Assembly (NCBI GenBank): GCA_965198115.1
Contig: OZ240241.1
Span: forward strand, 2,720,001-2,784,000
Direction: 5' to 3'
Origin: Candidatus Latescibacterota bacterium
Lineage (GTDB): Bacteria; Latescibacterota; UBA2968
Length of the DNA: 64,000 nt
Part shown: piece after piece, positions 30,206 to 41,281 of the stretch
How positions within the stretch are numbered: the stretch's first letter is position 1
Layout: each line of letters starts with the position of its first letter
Notes under the pieces: generated by a model
Databases searched by the model: none
Seen by the model: the letters and a program-made list of their open reading frames with translations, nothing else
What the model was told of the DNA's origin: nothing
Program-made: the position numbers and the translations under genes

Positions 30206-31432
30206 ATGAGCGATAGAGGCATCATCCGAAACCCCTTGCTCGAAGACATCGGCGATCCGATTCTCGCTAGGGCATTGGTCGGGACCACGGAAGAATTGGC
30301 CAGAGCGACCCGGCCGACCTTCTTGGCAAACCCCAATTCACCCGTGACGTGGGGACCGGATGAGTGGGAGGCGCTCGAGGTTTCGCGCGAAGATCTCTTC
30401 GATTGGTCCTCGGTTGAGGCGCAGTTCGATTATGACGCGTTTCTGCGAGACGGCTACGCGCTACTCAAAGGCGTCATGACGCCTGATGCCGTGGAGGCGT
30501 GGACAGAGGCCGTGCAGTTCGGACAGAGAATCAACGACGCGCTGCTTAGAGCCGATTGGAAAGAGATTGACTGGCTCGGCCTTGGGCGAAATCCGCCCGA
30601 TCAGTCCCTGTCGGCGGAGGAGATTGAGGGCGCTATCGGGGGAAGCCAGAAAGCGCCGCAATCGACCGATGAAGCGGGTGTGCTGACGCTGAGGATCAAC
30701 AGCGTGTTCGCGGAGTATTTTCCAGCAGGTCACGTTCCGTATTTCATGAATGTCTTAACACATCCGCAGATGCTCGCACTGGAGCGAATGTGTCTGGCGA
30801 GCGAAGAGGTTTACTTCGATCACAACCAGCTACTGACGCGCCCTCCGGGATATCCCGGAGGGAACTGGCATAGCCATCGTATCGGCGGTGGCCACGATGA
30901 TGGGGTCGCGAGTCTGGACACGTACCGTGCGCAGCCGAACGCGGTTCTGACACTTTGCTACCCCCAAGGGTTCGATAGTGGAGAGGATGGGGGGCTGAAA
31001 ATCATACGGGGAAGCCATCTGTTCCGCGATCCGAACGGCTGTCGGTCTCCGAATGACGAAGAGATGGAGAACGGCTGGTTGAAAGAGCGTGTCAATCCTG
31101 TGACGTCCGAGCCCTTGAGGATCGAGCACCTATCTTTGCCGCCCGGCTCGGTTGCCTGCTGCTTGTCCCACGCAGCCCACGCGGTGTCTCCCAAGTCGGC
31201 GGACAAGTCGACACGCTGGTGTTCCCTATACTGCTATAAGAAAGCGGACGACCAGACCGGACACGTCCAACCCCCGAGCGCGATTCCTCCCGTTTGGGCG
31301 ATGAAAGCGCAGCGTGGTGAATTGGCCCGACACACTCACAGATTTGCTGCGACACAGCTTCGACCGCGAGCTGACCGGAGACCGAAGACTGTGCGACGAC
31401 GAATAAGATGGAAACTCACGAGCGTGGACTAG
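30206..31432 (+). CDS. PhyH-like Fe(II)/2-oxoglutarate dioxygenase with probable frameshift near the C-terminus
   Basis: FLRDGYALLKGV, NWHSH, GGLKIIRGSHL and HAAHAV motifs. The alternative frame after ~31323 reads LPDTLTDLLRHSFDRELTG and stops at 31406, just before the next ATG. Confidence 0.7.
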   Translation: MSDRGIIRNPLLEDIGDPILARALVGTTEELARATRPTFLANPNSPVTWGPDEWEALEVSREDLFDWSSVEAQFDYDAFLRDGYALLKGVMTPDAVEAWTEAVQFGQRINDALLRADWKEIDWLGLGRNPPDQSLSAEEIEGAIGGSQKAPQSTDEAGVLTLRINSVFAEYFPAGHVPYFMNVLTHPQMLALERMCLASEEVYFDHNQLLTRPPGYPGGNWHSHRIGGGHDDGVASLDTYRAQPNAVLTLCYPQGFDSGEDGGLKIIRGSHLFRDPNGCRSPNDEEMENGWLKERVNPVTSEPLRIEHLSLPPGSVACCLSHAAHAVSPKSADKSTRWCSLYCYKKADDQTGHVQPPSAIPPVWAMKAQRGELARHTHRFAATQLRPRADRRPKTVRRRIRWKLTSVD

Positions 31433-32130
31433 GGGCGTTGATTGGCTTGCTGGCGGTTGCCAGCCTGTACATTGGGGCAGGCGAAGCCCACGCGCAGTCC
31501 GTCTTCTTTGTGCGCCTGGCTCCCGAGGTAGGCCGGATTACGGTCGAACACACCAAGGAAGTAACCATCCAGGGGGGATCGAGTTCAAGCACATCGTCCT
31601 CTTCGGGCCTCGCCCTCGCGGGCAACCTCTCGGTCGGGCTACTCTTGGAGCTCCCGGGGAGCTGGCTTGTGGGCGGCGAGATCGAAAGTGCCGTCTCCAG
31701 CCGACGCAAGCTTGAGGGCACGATTTCTCCGACCCCGAACGGGAACGTTCACGATGTCTGGCCCGGCCAGTGGGACTTCAGCGACCTGTACGGGGCGGGT
31801 GGCAACATCCTCTTCGGGCACTGGCTAGGGGACGGCCGCTCGCAGGTCTACGTCTTCGGTGGAATCCGTCGAATGTGGACCGAGTTCGCTTCCGGATCGA
31901 CGAATCCCGAGACCGGAACGGCCAGTGAAGACCGCGAGCGCCTCGCAAGATGGCCGTGGGCGATCGGCGCGGGTTCGACGTTGCACCTGAAGTGGCCGCT
32001 GGACTTCCGGGTCCGCTACTCGCGCTCTCTCACCGACTGGATAGTCGTCGATGAGGGGGCACGGCTCGACTACAGGTACGCGGCGGGCGGCGTTGTGTTC
32101 TTCTCTCTAGGGGTCCACGTCTTCGACTGA
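31408..32130 (+). CDS. Putative outer-membrane beta-barrel protein
   Basis: Signal peptide ending AHA-Q, alternating amphipathic strands and aromatic C-terminal strand. Confidence 0.6.
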   Translation: METHERGLGALIGLLAVASLYIGAGEAHAQSVFFVRLAPEVGRITVEHTKEVTIQGGSSSSTSSSSGLALAGNLSVGLLLELPGSWLVGGEIESAVSSRRKLEGTISPTPNGNVHDVWPGQWDFSDLYGAGGNILFGHWLGDGRSQVYVFGGIRRMWTEFASGSTNPETGTASEDRERLARWPWAIGAGSTLHLKWPLDFRVRYSRSLTDWIVVDEGARLDYRYAAGGVVFFSLGVHVFD

Positions 32131-32601
32131 CCACACCCCGATCCTGGGTAGGCACCCTCTAGTGGGCCCTGGAGCCCGAGCATCCGACCCGTCCGGCTCG
32201 TCCAACCAAGCGGTCCGCCGCGAGACCGCCCGGACCGGGCGGGCCATCCGTCAGGCGGGGCACCCGGGTGCTCGGGGAGTATGGCGACCGACAGGCCTGC
32301 CTCAAGCGGATCGTCGAGTTGAAGGACCTCCACCGATTCTCGAGCGCCGGAACGATGATCGACGGCCTCAACGGCACGGCGCACGAGACGGCTCCCTGGA
32401 GGCGGATCTTGAACGCGGATCGGCGAGGGTGGGTGCTGATCGGCGAGTGCACATCAGACATGTGGAATCCACCGTCGTTCAGGAGTTCCAGATAGGTTCA
32501 TAACATCCTGTAATTGCAACGCTTTAGGCCGTACATCCCGCGTCTCGACCCGCCAGCGCCGTCCCTTGTAATCCACTGCCATTCCCCGTTATGATTGGGG
32601 A

Positions 32602-32930
32602 ATGGATAATGTGATGACTCCGCCCGCCGTGCGCTGGAAAACCAAGCCGAAGGGCCGCCATCCCCACAAGGCGCTGTCGGCCGCCTTCGTGCGCACCGCC
32701 CCGGTCGGCCGACACTGCGACGGCAACGGCCTGTACCTCTACGTACAGCGCACCGGAACGCGAAGCTGGATTCAGCGGCTCGTGATCCGGGGCCGCAAGC
32801 GCGAGATCGGACTCGGCAGCGTCGCCCTAGTCTCGCTGGCCGAGGCCCGCGAGCAGGCGCTGGCCAACCGCAAGCTCGCACGCGCGGGCGGCGACCCGCT
32901 CGCCGAGAAGCGCCGTTCCGTGGGCATACC
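32602..32930 (+). pseudogene. P4-type tyrosine integrase N-terminal (arm-DNA-binding) fragment
   Basis: DGNGLYL, SW, GLG..LVSLAEARE and GGDPL motifs. The catalytic domain is missing. Confidence 0.85.
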
Positions 32931-33125
32931 CGGTCTGCCACTGCCTCCAGACCCAACGGGATCAACGCCTGGATCACCGACAAACGCGTCTCCAAATCGA
33001 TGACATCGCCCTCAACCTTGACTTCACCATCGCCTACAAATAGCTTCTCCATCTGGGCTCCTTTCTTACGGGTATACGCTCCTACACGTCTACCCAACGT
33101 AAGTTTGGAGCCCTCTAAGTTTCAC
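32931..33125 (-). mobile_element. IS256-family left-end fragment
   Basis: Encodes ...IQALIPLGLEAV, an IS256-type N-terminus. Cut at CTAG by IS1182. Confidence 0.55.
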
Positions 33126-33129
33126 CTAG

Positions 33130-34511
33130 GAGCCTGTCGGGTTACACACCCGGAAGCTCGTTGAGATTAAGTCCAGCTGAGTCTGTCAGCGACCGGTTAC
33201 CTTCGTTTTTTCCTTGAGCCGAGTTCCTCTTCGGGATCAGGTAGCCAATGAGAGTCGATAGAGTTTCAGAAGGTTGTGTGTGAGACAGATCAGGTTCCAT
33301 TCTCTGATGACTTTGTGGATTCGGCGGAATGAGAATCGGGTGAAGTTCCGAACGGATTTGATCTGTCCAAACACGGGTTCGATGATCTGTTTTCTTTTCC
33401 AGTAGGTGCAGCGACCTTTCTGTGTGAGAAGCTTTCTCGCCATTTTGTCTTTCGTCGTTGCGCCCTTGGGGATCCGTCCCCTGGGGCAGGTCGCGATGGG
33501 CGTTCCATGTTTCTGTTTTGTCGTCGCCACATAGAGGTCGACGCCATCTGATTGAACCTGATCGACCTGACTTTGGTTGAAGTATCCGGTGTCGGCAGTG
33601 AGGTGCTTGGGTGTCGTGCCGCCCATATTCGCTCTGATCTGGTTGACCATAGGTGTCATCTGGTTCTTGTCATCAGCTTCTTGGGTGACGTCGGCAGCAA
33701 CGACAATCTGGGCCTTGTCATCCACAGCAGCTTGGCAGTTGTAGGCTTGAAGGAATTGGCCCCCTGAGACCATGATCCGTGAGTCGGGATCGGTGAAGTT
33801 CAGTTGTTCCTTTCAGTCGGGCTCTTTCGATGGAGGCTTGGGCTTACGTCCACGACCGCCGCGGCGCTCCCGGGCCTTTACCTTCTCTTCATACGCTGCC
33901 TGCTTCTCAGGAAACTCAGCCTCCGCTTCGGCTTCGATCTCGGCTATTGCGTCGCGGATTACTTTGAGTCGAGTCTCCCGGTGCTGCAACTCCTCGGGCA
34001 ACTCGTCGCCGCGGTTGTCCTTTCCGTAGAGTTCGTCTTCGGCCGCGTCAGTGGCTTCGGCCTCGGTCAAGAGTCTGCGCACTTCGGCCTCGATCTCGGC
34101 TTCTTTCTTCTTCATCCGGCCGTAGCTCATCGCTTTGTGTTTTGAGGCATTTGCTTTGACTTTCGTGCCATCCAACGCCACGTGTCCCAGCTTCACCAGA
34201 CCTGCCTTCACGCAGAGACACAGCACTTGCCTGAACAGACCTGAGAGGGCATCCAGATGCCGTTGACGAAAGGTCGATATCGTGTCGTGATCAGGATGCT
34301 GATCCAGGCTGAGCACACGGAAAGCAACCGAGTCATAGGTCGCACGCTCGATCTTGCGGGAACTCCTGATGCCTTCACAGTAACCATACAGCAGTAGGCT
34401 CACCATCATCCGGGGATCATACGGTGGCTGGCCACCTTGAGACCCATCGTAGGTCTCGTAGATCGCGGACAAATCAAGTTGTCCGACGATATCCAGAATG
34501 AAGTAGGTCAC
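33130..34511 (-). mobile_element. IS1182-family element, 5'-truncated, transposase with in-frame TGA at 33813
   Basis: SSRKIERA, PDHDTI, DGTKVKANAS, TDPDSRIM, YNCQ, ADTGY and IEPVFG motifs. End GAGCCTGTCGG lies next to CTAG. Confidence 0.9.
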
Positions 34512-34999
34512 TCGGGACGCCGTCCCATCTCTCCGTCCATAAGAAACAGGCCGTCGCCGCTGTCCCCCAGGAGCTTAAGCTTTCCTACTGCTTCATTTGT
34601 CAGCGTCTCCTCTTTTACCTGCGCTTCCACAAACCACTGCAAAAAGACATGGCTAGCGTGATCCCGGTGCTGGATGCTGATCTCCACCAGCCTGTTGATT
34701 TGGGCGGAAGCCTTCATCTCGTGTAAGTGTGCGATCTCGAATGCCTCCAGCGGTTCGTCCCACTTCACATCAGGAGCGTCTAACTCGCTCAGCTCCACCG
34801 TGCCTTGCCGTTCGATAATAAAATCGAAGATCTTCATGGCGTGCACCTGCTCCTGCTTAGCCTGCACCCGCGCCCAGTGGGCAAACCCGCGCAACCCCAT
34901 CAGTCTGAACTTCGCAGACATGGCCAGGTAGTTGTATGTCGTGAAGAATTCTGCATTCAGCTGCCTGTTGAACTCGTTCTGAATAGTTTCGTTGATCAT
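34508..34999 (-). CDS. ftnA: Non-heme ferritin
   Basis: QLNAE...YLAM, E..HAMK and FLQWFV..Q motifs. 163 aa. Confidence 0.85.
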   Translation of the reverse strand: MINETIQNEFNRQLNAEFFTTYNYLAMSAKFRLMGLRGFAHWARVQAKQEQVHAMKIFDFIIERQGTVELSELDAPDVKWDEPLEAFEIAHLHEMKASAQINRLVEISIQHRDHASHVFLQWFVEAQVKEETLTNEAVGKLKLLGDSGDGLFLMDGEMGRRPE

Positions 35000-35770
35000 T
35001 TGAGAATCCTCAGCGAAGGAGGCACGAATGGATATACATCTCTCATTGAGAAAGGGAGCAAAACCGGGAATCGTGACGCTTCGGCCATAGTCCAGATCCA
35101 CTCCTTCAATTCGGGGCGGCCTCACCGGGCCCTCGCAAAATTAAAGGAGTGGGGGCACAATTGTTAGCTAAACAGCTGCTGCTTGCAGGGGCCACCAGCC
35201 TGCGTTTCAGCGAACATTCATTTGAGTGTATGAAGCGGTGTGCAACATTATCCAGCCTCACTTACACACACACCCCATAAACATTCAGTTATCTTACATA
35301 TTATATAATTATTGCTTGCCATTGACTTGACTGCTCGATAAATTTTGATCGAAATGAGGACAACCTCACGGCAAGCCGCCCAAGAGGTCTCTCGCATTGA
35401 AGTGTACTTCTTTCCGCGTCAACGGAAGATACACTCCGTGAAGGCAGCCAGGAATGAAGTGACTTCAACCGAGTTTAGATGGAATCCGTCAGACCGCGGG
35501 CGTGAGTTGCGGGCCGAACGCCAAATGAAAGGAGGGACCTTGCCACCTGGCTTTTTCTCAGTGCCAATCAAGGATGCGCCGAGACCCTCAAAGATTGGCG
35601 CTAAAGAATCCTCGCCTCAATTGGGCGAAGCAGTTTAAGGTTCGATCTCGGCATCGGCGCGAGTCCATCGTTCGGATCATCAGATGGAACGTGGGTTTGA
35701 TATCGAACGATGCAAGTAGGACAATCGGGTATGAGAAATCGGACCCGATCGGCTGTACGCAGGTTTATAG

Positions 35771-35986
35771 GACCGGTTCGTGTAGATCCCCCTTCGGCGG
35801 CTTCCTGATCGCTTTAACGTCAAACCCCAACGTTTCCCCTGGTCAGATGCCGCTGCACGATCTGGCAGCAAGATGGATTGGCTATGACCGGTTCGTGTAC
35901 ACCTTCGGCGGCATATCCGATCGCTTCAAACGTAAACCCCAACGTTTCCCCTGGTCGGATACCGCGGCACGATCTGGTAGCAAGAT
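35771..35986. repeat. Two diverged tandem ~100-bp units (35771-35874 and 35886-35986)
   Basis: Shared GACCGGTTCGTGTA, CCTTCGGCGGC, AAACCCCAACGTTTCCCCTGGTC and GCACGATCTGG.AGCAAGAT. Confidence 0.85.
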
Positions 35987-36211
35987 CAGATTGACTTCGA
36001 ACCATCATCAGGAGTGGCCTCATTACGCTACCTCGCGACGATTAGATTCTTGTCCAGTTGAGGACCAGCGATGGAAGAAAGTCGAAGCCGCATTCACAGG
36101 CACGTATTGGATGCGGCTTCATTTTGTTTGTCCACGGAACTTCCATACCCCGTGACGAAAACAACAGAAAGGGTTTGAATCGGGTATAACGAGAGCAGAG
36201 GGGTATGCAGA

Positions 36212-38475
36212 ATGAACGGTCGCGAATCATCTCCTTGGCAGGAAAAGGCGGTTCAAGCCTACATAGCCGATGTAGCCCGACACCCTCGCCTTTCTCGTAG
36301 CGAGGAAAGCCTTCTTAAAGACCGGCTGCAATCCGGAGATCCGGCAGCCCGCCGGCGTCTGATCGAAGCCAACCTGAGATTCGTCATTGCAGTGGCCCAG
36401 CAGTATGCCAACCGAGGGATGCAGTTCTCCGATCTCATTAGCGCGGGAAACCTGGGCTTGATAGCCGCGGCCGGAAGATTCGATCCAAAAAGAGGATTCC
36501 GGTTTATCTCGTACGCCGTCTGGTGGATCAGGCAGGCGATTCGCGAGGCCATTCGCAATGGGGGGCAAACGATCAGACTGCCGGCCAGCCGAATCGATCT
36601 GCTACATCACATTGCGAGGTGGAGTTCAGGTCAATAGGTGTGTAAAAGAAATCAGGCGGCCATCTTCCCGGCTTCGACCTGCGGTCCGGTTGAGTGTTTC
36701 TGATCGTAGACTTGTTGTAGCAAGTGTGGCGCGGTGAGTTTCCTGAATCGGCTCTCTGCGACCTTGAGCGTACGCCAGATGAGAGTCGTGGCGTTCCTGA
36801 CTTTCTTGAATCGCCTGGCGGCGTTTGTGCGAAGCCGAACGGAAGCAAAGGGGCTCTCGACGACGTTCGTGGTTCTCAGGTGTTTCCAGTGTTCCTTCGG
36901 GAAGTCGTAGAACGTGACCATCCGATCCCAGTCTCTTTCGAGCGTCTCCACGGCGGCAGGGAACTGTGAGCGATACCGTGCGGCAAAGCGTTTCCGGAGC
37001 TTCTCGGCCTCCTTTTTCGTGCCGGCATAGGGGATCTGGACGAGCAGTGCGCGGGCTTCAGCCTGTGCACGCTTGGCGACCTTGTCGAGCACGTTGAGGA
37101 TCTTGTGGTTCCAGCACCGTTGTTGCCGGCTCTCTGGCCAGACCTGATCAACGGCCGCCCAGATGCCCATATTCCCGTCCGCGGCGATCAGGACAGGATG
37201 TTCGAGCCCGCGATCCCGGAGATCCCGGAGCACCGTGAGCCAGGATTCTGTAGACTCTCGATAACCGGGTTCTATCGCCAGGATCTCCTTGCTGCCGTCG
37301 CTCATCGCGCCGATCACGACCAGCAGACACGCCTTCTCGCGCTCGAGCCCGGCTTTGACGTAGATGCCATCAGCCCAGGCGTAGACCAGTTCGCGATTAT
37401 CCAGACGCCTTTCTTTCCAGTCCTGGAAGTCGACCTCCCACTTCCCTCGAAGACGAGCGATCGAGGTCGGCGAAAGCGGCGCGCCATCACCGAGCAGCGC
37501 ACGCAAAGACAACTCGAAGTCGCCCTGGGAGAGACCGTGGAGATAAAGGTCGGGAAGCAGATCTCCAATGGCCCTGGTTCTCCGGGCGAACAGGGGGAGG
37601 ATGCGGCTTTCAAACCGCTCTTCCAGACCACGAACCCGGGGACGCCGGACCTTGATCGTTCCGCAGCTCGTCGAGAGACGCCGGGGCTTGCCGTAGCCGT
37701 TCCTGTAGCCCGTGGAGCTATCGACCTCGGCTCGGCGCTCATACCACGACCGGCCCAAGAACGCGGTCGCCTCCTCCTCCAGAATGGACTGGAACCGGCC
37801 CTGGATCTCTTCACGGATCCAATCGTCAACCGTCTCCCACGTCGGCATGGACTTCAATGGGGCTCTATGCGTATGTTCCTTCACGGCGATCCTCCTTCCC
37901 AACCGGGCCTCTCACCCGGTTTTGTGTGAATCAACTATCTCACGGGAAGGGTAGGGTCGCCCTTTCTCTTTTTCCACACCTTTTGATTATAGCTCGCGAG
38001 GTGTACTGAGGATCTTGTTCAGTTCTATCAAGGCGGGGGGCACGAAGGTTTTGCTCCGACCCACGAGGAGGTCGCAGATAAATGTGGAATAACCACGGAG
38101 CACTTTGAAGAGACGCTAGCCATGGGGCAAGGTGTATTCTCCTTGAATTACCGACCCGACGGTAGTGAAGGAAAGGAGTTGATAGACATTCTTGCCGATC
38201 CGAATCAAGACCTCCCTGATCAGGTCATGTCCGTCGAAGCCCGGAGGCAGGACATCGAAGAAGCACTGTGCGGTCTCGACGATCGGGAAGGTAAGGTCAT
38301 TAGGCTTCACTTCGGACTGGAGGATGGATCGTCCAGAACTTTGGCAGAGATCGGTTCGATTTTCGGTCTGTCTCGTGAGAGGATCCGCCAAATCAAAACC
38401 GAAGCGTTGAGAAAACTGCGAAACCCAAGTCGAGGCGCCAAGCTGTTTGTGCACTACGCCGAAGCGATAAATTGA
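36212..38475 (+). pseudogene. RpoD/RpoS-family (group 2-like) sigma-70 factor interrupted by IS256
   Basis: ANLRFV, DLISAGNLGL, RFISYAVWWIRQAI and SRERIRQI motifs. Removing the IS and one GCGAGGTG restores 293 aa in frame. Confidence 0.92.
36622..37995 (-). mobile_element. IS256-family element (transposase 36652-37902)
   Basis: IRs GAGTTCAGGTCAATAGGTGTG and GAGCTATAATCAAAAGGTGTG, 8-bp TSD GCGAGGTG, and YRNGY, DG, QRCWNH, RTTNVVES motifs. Confidence 0.95.
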
Positions 38476-38560
38476 ACCACGGTGTGACGTGCCCACAGGA
38501 TTCCCACAGAGCTTGGGCACCTTCTCCCTTTCTGATGGTCCGTAGCTAAGGAGGTACCAG

Positions 38561-39222
38561 ATGGGGGTCATAACGATCTCAAGGCAATATGGCAGTGGCG
38601 GACTCGCCATCGGCCGTATGGTCGCCGAAATCTTGAGCTACCGATATATCAACAAGGACCTGGTGATCGAAGTTGCCCGTGAAGCGGAAATACCACTGTC
38701 TGACATAGAGCGATTTGACGAGTGCCCTGAGTCCGCTGCCACGCGTCTAGTGAAGAAGCTCCTTCTTTCACCCTACCCTTCGAATTTTACAGGGGAATCG
38801 ATCGAGGAGCCGTTTCAGTACGCCTTTCGCGATGGCTTTGGATCGACGATCCTCGTGTATCCCTGGCTGACGAGGATGATTTCGTTCGGCTGACCCAGCA
38901 AGTAATGATCAGGATGGCAAATCAGAATAAGATTGTACTTATAGGGCGTGGGGGTCAGGCCCTGTTATCGGGTCGATCAGATACGTTACACGTAAGAATC
39001 TTTGCCCCATTTGAGCATCGCGTTGAAGCTGCCATGGCCGATGACGATATTTGCAAGGAAGATGCTGAGTGCCTCATACGAAAGCTTGACGGAAATAGAG
39101 AACGATATCTCAAGCGGCACTACGCAATCGATTGGAAGGACCCACGACACTACCACATGACCGTCAACACAGGCCTCGTAGATATAGCAAAGGCTGCGCA
39201 GATGATCGTTTGTGCGGCCTAG
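38561..39222 (+). pseudogene. Cytidylate kinase-like family protein, frameshifted near 38840
   Basis: ITISRQYGSGG in the first frame. VLIGRGG, HVRIFAP and Y..DW.DP.HYH in the second frame. Confidence 0.85.
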
Positions 39223-39649
39223 TCTCTGGCCGTCAAACCGAAAAACGACCATCGGACGAGATACCCCACTGCGAGTTCGGAGAAAAACACCAAGGGTTCC
39301 ATCCCAGTCGCCAGCTGGGTGGCGATCTTCGTTCCTGGGATGGGTCTGGAGAAGGTCGGTGCATCAGCCTGGTCATCTCCGATAGGAGAACCACGCGTCA
39401 GCGATCGCGTATGGCCTCTTCGAGCGGATGGTCGATGCTGGGGGTCGCTCGAAGCGCCCGACGTTCCGGCTCGGCCATTCCGTAGAACATCTGTACTTCA
39501 CACGCGTGAGATGGAAGCCCCATAGCTTCGACGAGCACGAGCGCGTGTGACAGCGAGCGCAGGCTATGACTGGTGAAGGCGGGTGAGAGCTGTTCAATGG
39601 GTAACTGAAGCGGTTCACTCGCTTGAGCTATTGGAATAGTAATTTAAAT

Positions 39650-41069
39650 GGCTCTATCCGGGTTTCTCAACGGTGAAACTATAGAATGACAAGGTCATAG
39701 ATCGTTCCCTACGCTTGGTTGTGTGTGTAGGACAATCAAAGCGAAGGGGGTGCGACCTATGACCGGGAGCAGATTACTATCGAAACTGCTGAGATTCAAG
39801 GGGTTCCGTGTTGTCAGCTGGTGGTTTGAGGGGAGAAGCTGTTTCGTCATCGCCGTAAAGCCACATAAGAATGGTTGTTGTTGTCCGGAGTGCGGCCGTC
39901 GAGGTAAAATCGTCCGCACAATGCCCCATCCGCGTCGGTGGCGTGACATTCCGGTGTGCGGGTGGAGGGTCTGGCTTCTCTACCATCCTCGGGAGATTCG
40001 GTGTCCTACCCACGGTCGTGTGGTCGAGGAGATTCCGTGGGCGGAGCGGTTCTCTCGGGTGACGTATCGCTTCGAGTATGCCATGCTGCGCTACTGCCAG
40101 ACCATGACGCAGAAGGCGGCGTCCGAGTTGCTGCGCATCTCTGCCTCGACGCTGTCGGATCTCCTTCACCGATCCATCACGCGGCTTCGTGAAGGTCATC
40201 GTATCCGAGGGCTCAAAACCATCGGGATCGACGAGATCTCCTACGCCAAGCGTCACAGGTACGCCACGCTCGTTTACGATCTGGACCGCTCCTGCGTGGT
40301 GTGGGTTGGCCGCGGCAGGGCGCGTAAAACGATCGATCGGTTCTTCACAGAGGCTCTCAGTCCCTACCGGAGATCCAAGATCGAGTGGGCCTGCTGCGAC
40401 ATGAGCGAAGCTTACATCGGAGCCATCCAGGAACACTGTCCGAATGCCAAGCTGGTCCTCGATCGCTTTCACATCGTCAAGGCTCTCAATGCCGCCGTTG
40501 ACGAGGTCTGTAAGGACCAGTGGCGTAAAGCTGCCCCGGATGAGCGCAAAGCCATGAAGGGCCTCCGATGGCTCCTCTACCGGCACTCAGCGACACGCTC
40601 CAGAGGGGATACTCGGACACTCAAAGCACTGGAGAAGGCGAACTACCGAATCTATAGAGCCTGGAGACTCAAGGACGAGTTCGAGCAGTTCTGGGAATAC
40701 AAAGCGCCCTGGGCTGCCGAACGCTTCCTGAAATGCTGGACGACGTCCGCACTCAGAAGTCGACTTGAACCCCTGCGAAAGTTCGTCAGGACCCTGCGAC
40801 AGCACTTCTTCGGCGTCCTCGCATTCGTGAACACGCGTCTTACCAACGCCATCGCCAAAGGCCTCAACCGAATCGTCCAAATCGTCAAGAACCGAGCCAG
40901 CGGATTCCGCACACTCGACGCATTCAACGATATGATCTTCCTTACCGTCGGAGACATAAACATCCCTGAGCAGATTCCGAAGAGGTTCCGCACACTCTAA
41001 CCGCGCCCCCATGCCAGGAACCACGGCACCTTCACCCACTTCATCTCGTTGAGAGATCCAGATATAGCC
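39650..41069 (+). mobile_element. ISL3 copy 3 (transposase 39723-41000)
   Basis: Near-identical to copy 1. Flanks ATTTAAAT and AATTAAAT (7/8). Private R>C and E>K substitutions and one IRR change. Confidence 0.96.
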
Positions 41070-41281
41070 AATTAAATACATGTGTGCCTGACGGCGAGGC
41101 GGAATTATGTCTCAAACACATCGTAAACGGGTGTAGAGTTTAAATTTGCGAAGCGAGCGGCTTCGCAAACTTCATCTTGTCACGACCCCTCGATCCAGTA
41201 CCTTAGGTACCAGGATAGATCGCTCTGCGAGGAGAGCGTAGACCTCGGATCGTAAGATTCTGACGTGAGAAAGGAGTTGCT

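Noticed and set aside
32131-32503. Short ORFs between the beta-barrel gene and the integrase fragment
   Set aside because: No recognisable domain or RBS. Possibly a remnant, but it cannot be supported.
33813-33815. Selenocysteine or programmed readthrough at the IS1182 TGA
   Set aside because: It lies at a non-catalytic linker position in an already truncated element. A nonsense mutation is simpler.
35771-35986. CRISPR array, or c-di-AMP/glycine riboswitch (minus-strand GGGGAAAC..TGGGG and GCCGAAGG)
   Set aside because: Only two long units, no spacers and no cas genes. The riboswitch resemblance covers isolated words only, and other conserved elements are missing.
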